From an uncultured Anaerolineaceae bacterium (GTDB taxonomy: Bacteria; Chloroflexota; Limnocylindria; Limnocylindrales; CSP1-4), in the NCBI GenBank assembly GCA_964425305.1, contig CAYRMQ010000005.1, forward strand, positions 1-62,435: a DNA stretch of 62,435 bases, given 5' to 3'. The stretch's first letter is position 1; every line of letters begins with the position of its first letter. The notes below the pieces were generated by a model. It was not told the DNA's origin, did not search any database, and saw only the letters and a list, made by a program, of their open reading frames with translations. The position numbers and the translations under genes are program-made. This document shows, one piece after another, positions 53,513 through 62,240 of this stretch.

Positions 53513-54007
53513 TCACCGCCTGAGCGGCAGGGCGACCGCGCGCTGGCCGATGCAGCGGCCCTGCTCGATGCCGCGCTCGATAGCGGCGCGGAAGTGAATG
53601 CCGCCGTACAGCCGGGAGATGGCGGCCTCGACGGCTGCCGCGTCGAAGGAGTTGAAGCCGCGCGCAGGCAGGCCGAGAGCGTCGTGCGTGTGATCGACGA
53701 AATTCAGCTGGCCGAATTGGGCCTTGAGCACCTCGGCGGTAGCCGCCGACTGGACCGAGTGGCCCGAGGTGTACTCGGGAAACGGCGGCGTGACGAGGGG
53801 CAGCGGATCGCCCCAGTCCGAATCGATGTGCGCCCGGATGTAGGTGATGGGCCGGAGCAGATTGCTCTTGTACTTGGTACGCCAGCAACTCACGAACGAG
53901 TCGGCGACGGCGATGCCCAGGCGCGCGGCCGCCTCGGCGGCCGCGGCAAGAGTGGCGCCCTGCTGCCGCAGGACCTGGCTCAGGATCGAGACCGAGTGGC
54001 CCGGCGG
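53513..54007 (-). pseudogene. PAP2/vanadium-haloperoxidase-like catalytic domain, apparently 5'-truncated
   Basis: PAP2 motifs KX6RP (KYKSNLLRP), PSGH-like (YTSGHS) and SRX5H (SRLYGGIHFRAA). Family-like sequence starts at PPGHS (about 54007). Upstream of that the frame is S/C/R-rich and overlaps the better-looking LuxR frame on the other strand. Family members are normally about twice this length. Confidence 0.4.
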
Positions 54008-54011
54008 GCAA

Positions 54012-54665
54012 TTGCTGCAGCTGAAGCCGGGCAAGGTCGAGCTGCAGCTGCGCGCGCTGGTGCCGCCCGGCGGCGCCGCAAGTGGCTGGTTGGCGGTTGC
54101 CTGGGCGACGCGCCGCATCGACCACGTTTCACCCGGCGCAGTGGCGCTGCTTCGGAAGTTCTTCGCTGCCGACGCTTCAGTGACGCATCGGCTACCGGCA
54201 GTCGTCAATGGCTGGCTTCGCGAAGCGGGCTCCCCCTCGCCGACGGCGGCATTGGCCGTTCTGGCGGAGGGCTCCGATGCGATCTGGCTCGTGGGGCGGA
54301 AGGCGCAAACGTCGGATGGCGACTACGTCGTCGTCTTGAGCCTCGAGAGGCTGACCCCCGCCGGTCGAGCGCGGACACTTACCACGCGGGAGCGCGAAGT
54401 GCTCGAGCTCGTCGCGGCCGGCCTGACCAATGAGCAGATCGCCGTGCGCCTCTCGATAGCCCCGAACACGGTGCGCAAGCATCTGGAGAACTCGTTCACG
54501 AAGCTAGGCGTCCACACGCGGACCGCGGCGGCATTTGCGCTGGCTGAGGAGTGCGACACGCAAGCGTGGGTCGGAGCAGCAAGACGGCGCTGGTCGTCCG
54601 TGGAGCCCGCGCATTCGCGGCGGACGCCCGCAACGCCGAAGAGATCGGCGCTCCGGGCGTGGTGA
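54012..54665 (+). CDS. LuxR/GerE-family transcriptional regulator
   Basis: C-terminal HTH TREREVLELVAAGLTNEQIAVRLSIAPNTVRKHLENSFTKLGVHTRTAAA, with a protein-like N-terminal domain. The start is uncertain: TTG 54012, GTG 53952 or ATG 53913. Confidence 0.7.
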   Translation: MLQLKPGKVELQLRALVPPGGAASGWLAVAWATRRIDHVSPGAVALLRKFFAADASVTHRLPAVVNGWLREAGSPSPTAALAVLAEGSDAIWLVGRKAQTSDGDYVVVLSLERLTPAGRARTLTTREREVLELVAAGLTNEQIAVRLSIAPNTVRKHLENSFTKLGVHTRTAAAFALAEECDTQAWVGAARRRWSSVEPAHSRRTPATPKRSALRAW

Positions 54666-54741
54666 TGTTCGCTTCAGCCACGCGATGGGCATCGAAGTCC
54701 GCCAGCGCGCCGCAGGGTCCTCCTCCACCAGCATGCGCGCG

Positions 54742-55404
54742 TCAAGCCGGTTTGCGGCGGTACAGCAGGATGCTGACGGCGATGATCCAACCAAGCGCGA
54801 GGATCTCGAACAGCCAGTGCAGCGGGGTCAGTAGGAAGACCGCCGACACCACGCCGCTCCAGCCCACCGGCTCGGGCAGCAGCCCAGATCTGAGCGAGGC
54901 CAATCCGGCCGCTCCCAGCAGCGCGGCCAGGCCGAGCGAGGCGAAGCCGGCGAGGGAAGTCTCGTAGAGCTGGTACAAGGCAGCAGCCAGCTCGGGTCCG
55001 ATGCCACCGCCGATCGTCACCGTCGCCGCTGCTCCCGAGAGGTAGCGAAACCCGACCGCCAGCGCGACTACCAGGACGACGCCCCCGGTCAGGCTGACGC
55101 CGGCCAACGCGGCGCTGCCGCCCTTGTCGCGGATTGCGCCGTACAGGTAGCCGACGAAGACGAGCAGGAAGAACGGCGCCCAAAAGCCACCCAGCAGAAC
55201 GCCCAGCTGGCGCCGTCCCGGATCGGCGCTGAAGATCTCGACCGCCACGCCGGCCGTGGGCCGGTAGGCGAAGACGCCGGCGAGCGCGAAGCCGATGATC
55301 AGCAGGGCGACGGCGAGGATGCCGCTCAGTGGCGCGAGCTCTTCGATGCGTCGCACCATCACCGAACCGGAGCTTTCCTCACCTGCATCGCGGGCCGATC
55401 GCAT
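54742..55404 (-). CDS. integral membrane protein (about 6 TM), function unknown
   Basis: Hydrophobic helices throughout (ILAVALLIIGFALAGVF, LGVLLGGFWAPFFLLVFVGYL, ...). Starts 1 nt after the upstream gene's stop. Confidence 0.6.
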   Translation of the reverse strand: MRSARDAGEESSGSVMVRRIEELAPLSGILAVALLIIGFALAGVFAYRPTAGVAVEIFSADPGRRQLGVLLGGFWAPFFLLVFVGYLYGAIRDKGGSAALAGVSLTGGVVLVVALAVGFRYLSGAAATVTIGGGIGPELAAALYQLYETSLAGFASLGLAALLGAAGLASLRSGLLPEPVGWSGVVSAVFLLTPLHWLFEILALGWIIAVSILLYRRKPA

Positions 55405-55405
55405 C

Positions 55406-55876
55406 TCACCAGAGGGTCGGCTTGACGACCATCAGATAGATGATCAGTCCCATCGTCACCGGTGGCCAGACGGACACGATCCAGGTCCAGCGGTGGTCGA
55501 TGAGGGCGACCAGTTCGGACGATGGCGCCTCTACCGGGCTGGCCAGTGCCGCCTCCTTCAGCCGCTCTAGATGCTTGAAGCCGCCCAGCACGGCCATGCC
55601 GATCGCTCCGGCCAGCAGCAGGTACGTGGCCACCAGCCACGAGGCGGTCAGGTCGATCTGGCCGGCCAGCGCGGCGGCGATGCCGAAGCCGATCGAGACG
55701 ACGGCCAGTGGGTTGGCGAACTTCTCGCCGAGCTCGCCCACCGAGATGCCGCTACGGATGCCGACCACGTCGCGCCGGCGGGCCGCAACGAGCGTCGGCA
55801 GGATCGATCCCTCGGCCAGTGCCACGGCGGCGATGATCGTGACGACGTGCGCGAACTTGAGCCACTCGAAAGGCAT
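55406..55876 (-). CDS. integral membrane protein (DUF2269-like, 4 TM)
   Basis: MPFEWLKFAHVVTIIAAVALAEG... with 4 TM helices. The resemblance to DUF2269 is by eye only. Confidence 0.6.
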   Translation of the reverse strand: MPFEWLKFAHVVTIIAAVALAEGSILPTLVAARRRDVVGIRSGISVGELGEKFANPLAVVSIGFGIAAALAGQIDLTASWLVATYLLLAGAIGMAVLGGFKHLERLKEAALASPVEAPSSELVALIDHRWTWIVSVWPPVTMGLIIYLMVVKPTLW

Positions 55877-55880
55877 CTGC

Positions 55881-56312
55881 TCATCTCCTCTCCGCGGCGG
55901 CCTTGAAGCGGCGCAGCTCGATGCGGCCGTAGAGCCGGGCGAGGAACGCCGCCAGCGGCGCGGTCAGTCGCCCGCCGAGCCCGGGCCGTTCGAAGGTCGA
56001 CTCGACGGTGAGCAGCGTCCGGTCGCCGGGCGCCGCCTCGAAGCGCATCGTCACGAGCGCTTCGCCGAAGCGCCCGACCCCTTCGCGCAACTGCACCAGT
56101 CGCGGCGGTTCGACCTGCAGCAGGTGCACCTCGAACGGCCCGAAACGCGTGTCGACGACGTAGACCGAGCCGGGCTTGTTGAACTCGCCCGACTGCAGGC
56201 GGACCTCGCGTGCCGCCGGGTTCCACTCCGAGCGCCGGTCGGGATCCATGTACAGCCCGAACACCTCCGCCGGCGGTGCGCCGATGAGCGCGCGCATGCG
56301 CACGCCGGTCAT
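55881..56312 (-). CDS. SRPBCC (START/polyketide-cyclase-like) family protein
   Basis: RMRALIGAPPAEVFGLYMDPDRRSEWNP...LLTVESTFE has the typical SRPBCC layout. The ATG 56312 overlaps the upstream TGA (ATGA). Confidence 0.75.
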   Translation of the reverse strand: MTGVRMRALIGAPPAEVFGLYMDPDRRSEWNPAAREVRLQSGEFNKPGSVYVVDTRFGPFEVHLLQVEPPRLVQLREGVGRFGEALVTMRFEAAPGDRTLLTVESTFERPGLGGRLTAPLAAFLARLYGRIELRRFKAAAERR

Positions 56313-56719
56313 GGCCGACCGACCACCGACGCGATCATCTGGCGCACGACGCCGCGCGGGCTGCCGTAGACGCGGATGGTGTCGGTGACGAGCAGGACGA
56401 TGAGGGCGACCTCGACCGCCTTCGTCGCCCAGCCCAGCGTCGAGTAGGGCCCGATGATCAGGTAGCCGACGATGGTCGTGGCGGCGTAGCCCATCAGCGC
56501 CAGGCGCGGGAACCAGTCGAAGCGGACGACGAGCGGATGCGGCGCCGCGTAGGCGATGACGATCAACCCTGCCAGGCCCAGATAGCCCAGGCCGTTGAGC
56601 AGGAAGAGGACGTCGCCGAGGCTGAGGTGGACGAAGGCCGTCACCATCGTCAGCGCGACGATGCCGCTGGTCAGCAGCAGGCCGGCTCGGCCGTTGCTCG
56701 GACGTCGTTCGTGGGACAT
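56309..56719 (-). CDS. small integral membrane protein (4 TM), function unknown
   Basis: GGGAGGAAC upstream of ATG 56719. Translation: MSHERRPSNGRAGLLLTSGIVALTMVTAFVHLSLG.... The track ORF extends to 57151. Confidence 0.6.
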   Translation of the reverse strand: MSHERRPSNGRAGLLLTSGIVALTMVTAFVHLSLGDVLFLLNGLGYLGLAGLIVIAYAAPHPLVVRFDWFPRLALMGYAATTIVGYLIIGPYSTLGWATKAVEVALIVLLVTDTIRVYGSPRGVVRQMIASVVGRP

Positions 56720-56932
56720 TGCATGTTCCTCCCTCGGCTGCGAACTTCGAGGCGTACCGTCGGTCCGCCGCCGTCCCACGGGCAAGAGGCAACCGCCCCG
56801 CCATGGCCGGGAAGGCCGTGCGGAGCACTCCTGCGACGCCCGGGACAGCCGTCCCGACCAAGCCGGGAAGATCGTCACGACCGTTGCCCTGCGCCCGGCG
56901 ACAGCCCTAGACTCGCCGCGAAGGGACGCCCG

Positions 56933-59206
56933 ATGAGCGAGATCGCGATCACCCGGGGGGCCACTAGGGAGCGCCCGCTGGTCCTGCCTGCTGCCGCTGC
57001 CGCCGCCTTCGCCGTGGCGATGGCCATCCTGGCCCTGGCGTGGGTCGGCGTTCGCGTCTCGACCCCGTGGGACGGCAACCAGTGGGCGCAGCAGGACGCC
57101 GGCCTGTTCGCCGGCGGCGACGGCTTCCGCGTCATTCCCGTCGCCGCTCACTCCAACCTGCGGCCCGACGACGTCGTCATCGCGATCAACGCCACTCCAC
57201 TGCTCGAGCTGCCACGTGCGCCGCTCGCGGTCCCCGACCTCCCGTTCGACAGCTCGCTGGAGTACCTGGTCGTCAGGGACGGCCAGCGGCTAACGGTCGA
57301 GCAGGCGCTGCGGCCGTTTGCACCCGTGCTTCTGCTGCGGGAGTGGCCATCGATAGTGACCGTCGGCGCGTGGGTCGCCATCGCCGCCTACGTCCTGCGC
57401 CGTCGCCCGCATGATCCGGCAGCACAGGTGATGCTGGTGATGGGCGCCGCCTTCCTGCCCGGCATGCTGTGGCTGTGGATCGGCATCAGCGACCTGTACG
57501 GCGGGCCGATGCTCGCTCTCATTGGCGCCTATCAGCCGATCTACTACCTGGGCATTGCCGCGATCGTCGGCTTGGTGGCGGTCTTCCCGCGACCGGCGCC
57601 GTGGGCCGTCCGCCATCGGCGGCTGGTGATTGGGGCGCTGGCGCTGCCGGTCCTCGTCAGCGTCATCATCCTTGCCCTGGCCCAGCTGTCGAATGAGCCG
57701 ATGCTCGGCTGGGGCAGCAAGCTCGCCGTCGTCGAGGCGACGCTGTACATCGGCGGAGCCGTGCTGCTCGCGGTCGCCGTCCCGCTGCGCTATCGGAGCC
57801 TGGCCGACCCTGCCGATCGGCGACGGCTGCTGCTGGTCATGGGAACGATGGCGCTGGTGACGTTCGCGGTCATCGGAATCTGGATGCTCCCCTCGATGGC
57901 GTGGGGCGCACCGCTCCTGCCGTGGTCGGCCGCCGGGGCAATCGGGATCGCCATCCCGGTCGCGCTGGCGGTGGCCATCCTACGCTACGGGGCCTTCGAC
58001 CTGAAGCTGCTGGTCAGCCGTTCGCTCGTCTACGGCGGCGCAACGGCTGCCATTGCGCTGATCTACGTGACGCTCGTCGGTGCAGCGATCCTGGTCGTCC
58101 ACGAACGCTTCGGCTTTGCCGTCGCGCTTCTCGCGACGGGCTTCGTCATCGTCATCGCCCAGCCCGTCCGCGACGGCGTGCAGCGCACCGTCAACCGCGT
58201 CATCTACGGCGACCGCGACGACCCGTACCAGGGCATCGCCCGGCTGAAGGAGCGCATCGAGACGGCGCTGGCCGGTGAGCAGGTGCTGCCCGTCGTGGTC
58301 GAGACGATCGCCTCGTCGCTGCGCCTGCCCTACGTCGCCATCGAGCTCGAGCAAGAGAACGGGCCGATCATCGCGGTTGCCCGCGGGCATGCGCCGGCGG
58401 AACCGGTGGCGGTCCCGCTGGTCCACCAGTCGGAGCTCGTCGGCCGCCTGCTCGTCGCGCCGCGAACGGGCGAGGAGCGGCTGTCCGAGACCGACCACCG
58501 CCTGCTGTCGGCGCTGGCCACGCAGGTCAGCGCCGCGATCAAGACGATGCAGCTCGACGAGGAGCTGCGCCGCTCGCGCGAGCGACTCGTGGCGGCGCGC
58601 GAGGAGGAGCGGCGGCGCCTGCGGCGCGAGCTGCACGACGGTATCGGGCCGACGCTCGCTGGCAGCCTGCTCCAGTTGCAGGCCGCGCGGGCGGCGCTGG
58701 CCGCCGACCCCCGGCGCGCCGAGGAGCTGCTCGCAAAGCTCGAAACCGAGACGCGCGAAGCCATCGGCGAGGTGCGCCGCGTCGCGCGCGACCTGCGCCC
58801 GCCCGCGCTCGACGCGCTCGGCCTGGTCGGCGCGCTGCGCGAGCAGGCCGGCCACTTCTCGGCCGATCCCGCTCTCGACGTGGAGGTCACCACGCGCGGA
58901 GCGTTGCCGAAGCTGCCGGCGGCCCACGAGGTGGCGGCATACCGCATCGTTCTCGAGGCGCTGGCCAACGTCGTCCGCCACGCCGACGCCAAGCACTGCA
59001 CGATCCACCTCGAGGCGGGTGACACGCTGGTCGTCACGATCAGCGACGACGGCAAGGGCGTCGCGCCGGCGGCGCCCGTCGGTGTCGGGCTGCGCTCGAT
59101 GCGCGAGCGGGCCGCCGAGCTGGGCGGCACCCTGCAGGTGCAGCCGCGGCCCGGTGGCGGCACGGTCGTGCAGGCCAGCCTGCCCCTCGCCGGTGCCGGC
59201 TCATGA
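56933..59206 (+). CDS. multi-TM sensor histidine kinase (HisKA_3/HATPase_c) with PDZ-like extracytoplasmic loop and GAF-like linker
   Basis: H-box RELHDGIGPTLAG and ATP-binding region GVGLRSMRERAAELGG. About 10 TM helices. The loop LRPDDVVIAINATPL...VVRDGQRLTV resembles PDZ. Start at ATG 56933, preceded by GAAGGGA. Confidence 0.88.
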   Translation: MSEIAITRGATRERPLVLPAAAAAAFAVAMAILALAWVGVRVSTPWDGNQWAQQDAGLFAGGDGFRVIPVAAHSNLRPDDVVIAINATPLLELPRAPLAVPDLPFDSSLEYLVVRDGQRLTVEQALRPFAPVLLLREWPSIVTVGAWVAIAAYVLRRRPHDPAAQVMLVMGAAFLPGMLWLWIGISDLYGGPMLALIGAYQPIYYLGIAAIVGLVAVFPRPAPWAVRHRRLVIGALALPVLVSVIILALAQLSNEPMLGWGSKLAVVEATLYIGGAVLLAVAVPLRYRSLADPADRRRLLLVMGTMALVTFAVIGIWMLPSMAWGAPLLPWSAAGAIGIAIPVALAVAILRYGAFDLKLLVSRSLVYGGATAAIALIYVTLVGAAILVVHERFGFAVALLATGFVIVIAQPVRDGVQRTVNRVIYGDRDDPYQGIARLKERIETALAGEQVLPVVVETIASSLRLPYVAIELEQENGPIIAVARGHAPAEPVAVPLVHQSELVGRLLVAPRTGEERLSETDHRLLSALATQVSAAIKTMQLDEELRRSRERLVAAREEERRRLRRELHDGIGPTLAGSLLQLQAARAALAADPRRAEELLAKLETETREAIGEVRRVARDLRPPALDALGLVGALREQAGHFSADPALDVEVTTRGALPKLPAAHEVAAYRIVLEALANVVRHADAKHCTIHLEAGDTLVVTISDDGKGVAPAAPVGVGLRSMRERAAELGGTLQVQPRPGGGTVVQASLPLAGAGS

Positions 59207-59862
59207 CCACGACGCGCATCGTCATCGCCGAGGACCACCCCATCTTCCGCGACGGCCTGCGCGCGCTGCTGCGCACGATCGCTGGCGTCGAGCTCGTTGG
59301 CGAGGCGACGACCGGCGACGAGGCGATCGAGATGGCCCATCGGCTGCGGCCCGACGTCGTTCTGATGGACGTCGACATGCCCGGCCGCAACGGTATCGAG
59401 GCGACACGCGCGATCCGCGACCGCCACCCGCAGGTCGGCGTCCTGATGCTGACGATGTTCGAGGACGACGACTCGCTCTTCTCGGCGATGCGCGCCGGCG
59501 CGCAGGGCTACCTGCTCAAGGAGGCCAGCGGCGAGGAGCTGGCGGCGGCGGTCGAGGCGGTCGTGCGCGGGCAGGCGATCTTTGGCCCCGGCGTCGCGCG
59601 GCGCGTGATGGGCTTCTTCAGCGCCGCCGCCAGCGGCCCAGTGCCGCCGGAGCCGTTCCCCGAGCTCACCAGCCGTGAGCGCGAGGTGCTCGACCTGATC
59701 GCCGAGGGCCGCAACAACAGCACCATCGCCGGCCGCCTCGGCCTCAGCGAGAAGACGGTCCGCAACCACGTCAGCAACATCCTCAACAAGCTGCAGGTCG
59801 TCGACCGCGCGCAGGCGATCGTGCGGGCGCGCGAAGCGGGCATGGGCGGGACATCGCGATGA
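59203..59862 (+). CDS. NarL/FixJ-family response regulator
   Basis: Receiver RIVIAEDHPIFRDGL...VVLMDVDMPG and C-terminal LuxR HTH LSEKTVRNHVSNILNKL. ATGA overlap with the kinase gene. Confidence 0.93.
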   Translation: MTTTRIVIAEDHPIFRDGLRALLRTIAGVELVGEATTGDEAIEMAHRLRPDVVLMDVDMPGRNGIEATRAIRDRHPQVGVLMLTMFEDDDSLFSAMRAGAQGYLLKEASGEELAAAVEAVVRGQAIFGPGVARRVMGFFSAAASGPVPPEPFPELTSREREVLDLIAEGRNNSTIAGRLGLSEKTVRNHVSNILNKLQVVDRAQAIVRAREAGMGGTSR

Positions 59863-59955
59863 GCAGGTTCCCGAACCGTCAGGGACACCTGCCCGATGAC
59901 GGCGGGACAGCGCCCGGCGCAGCCTTTCTCCGAGTCGAGTCAACGGAGGAAGGTC

Positions 59956-60768
59956 ATGTCGTTCGCCCGTCGCGTGCTCATCGGGGCCATCGTCATCCAG
60001 ATCGTCGGCTTCCTGCGCGAGATCTTCTTCGCCATCGGTGTCGAGCGCTACTTCGACGCGCTTCTCGGTGGCTCGGACCCGACGATCATCGTGGCCACCG
60101 GCGTAATGGTCGGCGCGTTTGTTCTGCTCGTGCCGGTCTGGCGCGGCAATCGGTGGGCGACGCTGGCCACCGTCCCGCTGATGGCGCTGCTGCTGCTCGC
60201 CGTGCTGCCCGTCTTCGGGCAGATGTTCGGCAGTCCGAGCTCGGGCAACTTCGCCGTCTGGCTGACGCTGACGATCATCCTCGTGGCGGCTGCCATCGGT
60301 ATCCCCTTTGCCGTCATCGCCACACTGGAGTCCTTCGGCCGCCGGACTCCGCGGCCGGCGATCGTGGGCAGCCTGTTCAGCCCGTCGGCGCTGTTCGTGA
60401 GCGCGGTGAGCGGTGCGGTCGTCGGCATGACGTTGCTGGCAGTCGCCGTCGCCGCCACCCCCTCGGGCGACGCAACCTTTACCGCCGGCGCGCCCGACGA
60501 CCACGCTTCGATCTCCATGCGCAACCTACGCTTCGAGCCGGCCGAGGTGCGCCTGGCGGGCGGCCGGACGACGGCCCTCTTCATCGTCAACGAGGACGGC
60601 TTCGACCACTCCTTCGACATCGACGCGCTGGCCATCCACGTCCATGTCCCCGGCGGCCAGACGAGCGTCGTGATGGTCACGCCTGCGGCGGGCGAGACGT
60701 TCGAGATCTACTGTGGAATACCGGGACACACTGAGGCAGGAATGGTGGGTCGGCTTGTCGCAGACTGA
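59956..60768 (+). CDS. membrane-anchored cupredoxin-domain protein (5 TM + type-1 copper site)
   Basis: GGAGGAAGG upstream of ATG 59956. Five N-terminal TM helices. C-terminal NLRFEPAEVRL...FDHSFDI...YCGIPGHTEAGMVG carries the H...C..H....M ligand set. Confidence 0.8.
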   Translation: MSFARRVLIGAIVIQIVGFLREIFFAIGVERYFDALLGGSDPTIIVATGVMVGAFVLLVPVWRGNRWATLATVPLMALLLLAVLPVFGQMFGSPSSGNFAVWLTLTIILVAAAIGIPFAVIATLESFGRRTPRPAIVGSLFSPSALFVSAVSGAVVGMTLLAVAVAATPSGDATFTAGAPDDHASISMRNLRFEPAEVRLAGGRTTALFIVNEDGFDHSFDIDALAIHVHVPGGQTSVVMVTPAAGETFEIYCGIPGHTEAGMVGRLVAD

Positions 60769-60784
60769 AACAACGCCATCGCGC

Positions 60785-61174
60785 GTGATCCATGCGCGCC
60801 GCGGATACGTCTGGCTGGCCTGGCTGTTCGCGGCGTGCGTCGTCGTGCAGGTCTTCCTGCTGGGCCTGGAGCTGTTCGACGCCGGTGCGCCCGCGACGCT
60901 GCACCGCGACTTCGCCTATCTCTATGGCTGGCTGCTGCCCGGCATGCTGCTGCTCGCGCGCCTCGGCCGTCTGGCGACGGGCATGCTCGTGCTGACGGCC
61001 TTCCTGCTCGTGCTGTACGCCGTCCAGACCGTCATGCCGGCATTTGCGGCGGGGCTGCCGCTGCTCGGGCCGTTGCATGCAGTGAACGCGCTTGTGCTCT
61101 TCGGCCTGGGCATCTTCCTCGCCAAACGTGGCGCGAGATACCTTGCTCGCGGTCCCGCATCGGGGAGTGCCTGA
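60785..61174 (+). CDS. small integral membrane protein, paralog A
   Basis: GTG 60785 lies downstream of the cupredoxin stop. 4 TM helices. Shares LHAVNALVLFGLGIFLAKR with LHPPNALLVFWLGIVVARR of the next gene. Confidence 0.55.
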   Translation: MIHARRGYVWLAWLFAACVVVQVFLLGLELFDAGAPATLHRDFAYLYGWLLPGMLLLARLGRLATGMLVLTAFLLVLYAVQTVMPAFAAGLPLLGPLHAVNALVLFGLGIFLAKRGARYLARGPASGSA

Positions 61175-61584
61175 TGAGGCGTGAGGCCCTCCGGCTACTC
61201 GTCGTTCTGGCGTGGGTTTGGGTCGTCGGCGTCGTCATCCAGGTCGGTCTCGCGGGGCTCGGCCTGTTCGGCGTCGCCGGCATGGATCTGCACGTCGGCT
61301 TCGGCTACACGTTGCCGTACGTGCCGATGGTCATGATGGTCCTGGTGCTGGTGGCCCGACCCGGACGCCGGCTCGTCCTGCTGACCCTGGCGCTGCTCAT
61401 CCTGGGGACTTTCGTCCAGCCGACGCTGCCGCTCTTGCGCAGCTTCGCTCCGCTGGTCGCGGCACTACATCCGCCGAACGCGCTGCTCGTCTTCTGGCTC
61501 GGGATCGTGGTGGCTCGCCGAGCGACCGACGCCCTGCACGACGCCGGCGCCGCGCCGGAGTCCACCGCCGCCGATCGGGGCTGA
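61174..61584 (+). CDS. small integral membrane protein, paralog B
   Basis: ATG 61174 shares one base with the upstream TGA. Translation MRREALRLLVVLAWVWVVGVVIQVGLAGLGLF..., with the same layout as paralog A. Confidence 0.55.
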   Translation: MRREALRLLVVLAWVWVVGVVIQVGLAGLGLFGVAGMDLHVGFGYTLPYVPMVMMVLVLVARPGRRLVLLTLALLILGTFVQPTLPLLRSFAPLVAALHPPNALLVFWLGIVVARRATDALHDAGAAPESTAADRG

Positions 61585-61626
61585 CTTCAGGAGCTGCTCG
61601 GGTCTTCCCCGTCTCGCCGACGGCCG

Positions 61627-61977
61627 CTAGCGCGGCGGCCTGGTGCGCACCGCTTTGAGCCCGCTGAAGTGACGCTCGTTGCGCGTGACCAGCACGAGGC
61701 GATGTTCCGCCGCGGTAGCGGCAATCAGGGCGTCCGGCAGGCGGATGTCTGCCGCGCGCCGAAGTCTGCCGGCACGCTCGGCCACGGCGCGATCGACAGG
61801 TAGCTCGACGAATGGTTCCAGCAGCCGCCTGACACGCCGTTCATCCGTACCGCGGCCGGCGAACAGCTCCGCCCGTGTCACCGACGAGTAGTGAATGCTG
61901 TCCTTGCCCGGCTCGAAGCGGCGATGACCGCGAAGGTGATCGACGAAGACGTCGCTATCGACGAGGATGCGCGTCAC
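61627..61977 (-). CDS. vapC: PIN-domain toxin VapC
   Basis: ILVDSDVFVDHL...DALIAATAAEHRLVLVTRNERHF carries the PIN acidic residues. 116 aa. Confidence 0.88.
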   Translation of the reverse strand: MTRILVDSDVFVDHLRGHRRFEPGKDSIHYSSVTRAELFAGRGTDERRVRRLLEPFVELPVDRAVAERAGRLRRAADIRLPDALIAATAAEHRLVLVTRNERHFSGLKAVRTRPPR

Positions 61978-62191
61978 GGTCCCACTCGTCGCGTGACGGA
62001 AGCTCGAGATCCGGCACGCTGCCGAAGGTCTCGTTCAATGCCTCTTCGGCGTCGAACGAACGGTCGGCGAGGTACTCATCGACGGCCTCGCGGACCATCC
62101 GCGCCAGCGGCTTGCCCGTACGCCGACCGCGCGCATCCAGCTGTCGGCGCTGGTCGTCCGTCAGGTAGATCTGTGTGCGCGTGGTTGCCAT
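61955..62191 (-). CDS. vapB: ribbon-helix-helix antitoxin VapB
   Basis: MATTRTQIYLTDDQRRQLDARGRRTGKPLARMVREAVDEYL is an RHH/CopG fold pattern. It overlaps vapC by 23 nt. ATG 62191 is preferred over GTG 62212, which lies inside the tandem repeat. Confidence 0.75.
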   Translation of the reverse strand: MATTRTQIYLTDDQRRQLDARGRRTGKPLARMVREAVDEYLADRSFDAEEALNETFGSVPDLELPSRDEWDRDAHPRR

Positions 62192-62214
62192 ATACAGCAC
62201 AGTATACAGCACAG
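62191..62214. repeat. perfect 2 x 12-nt tandem repeat (TATACAGCACAG) abutting the vapB start codon
   Basis: Read directly at 62191-62202 and 62203-62214. The minus strand gives CTGTGCTGTATA twice, creating TATACT 9 nt upstream of the ATG. Confidence 0.9.
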
Positions 62215-62240
62215 TGGGTGGCGGTCATGGCTGCGCGCGG

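Noticed and set aside
53409-54125. 238-aa minus-strand ORF in an alternative frame over the PAP2-like region. Also the plus-strand ORFs 53289-53597 and 53594-54433.
   Set aside because: The translations are Arg/Pro/Ala-rich with no motifs. The neighbouring frame carries all three PAP2 catalytic motifs.
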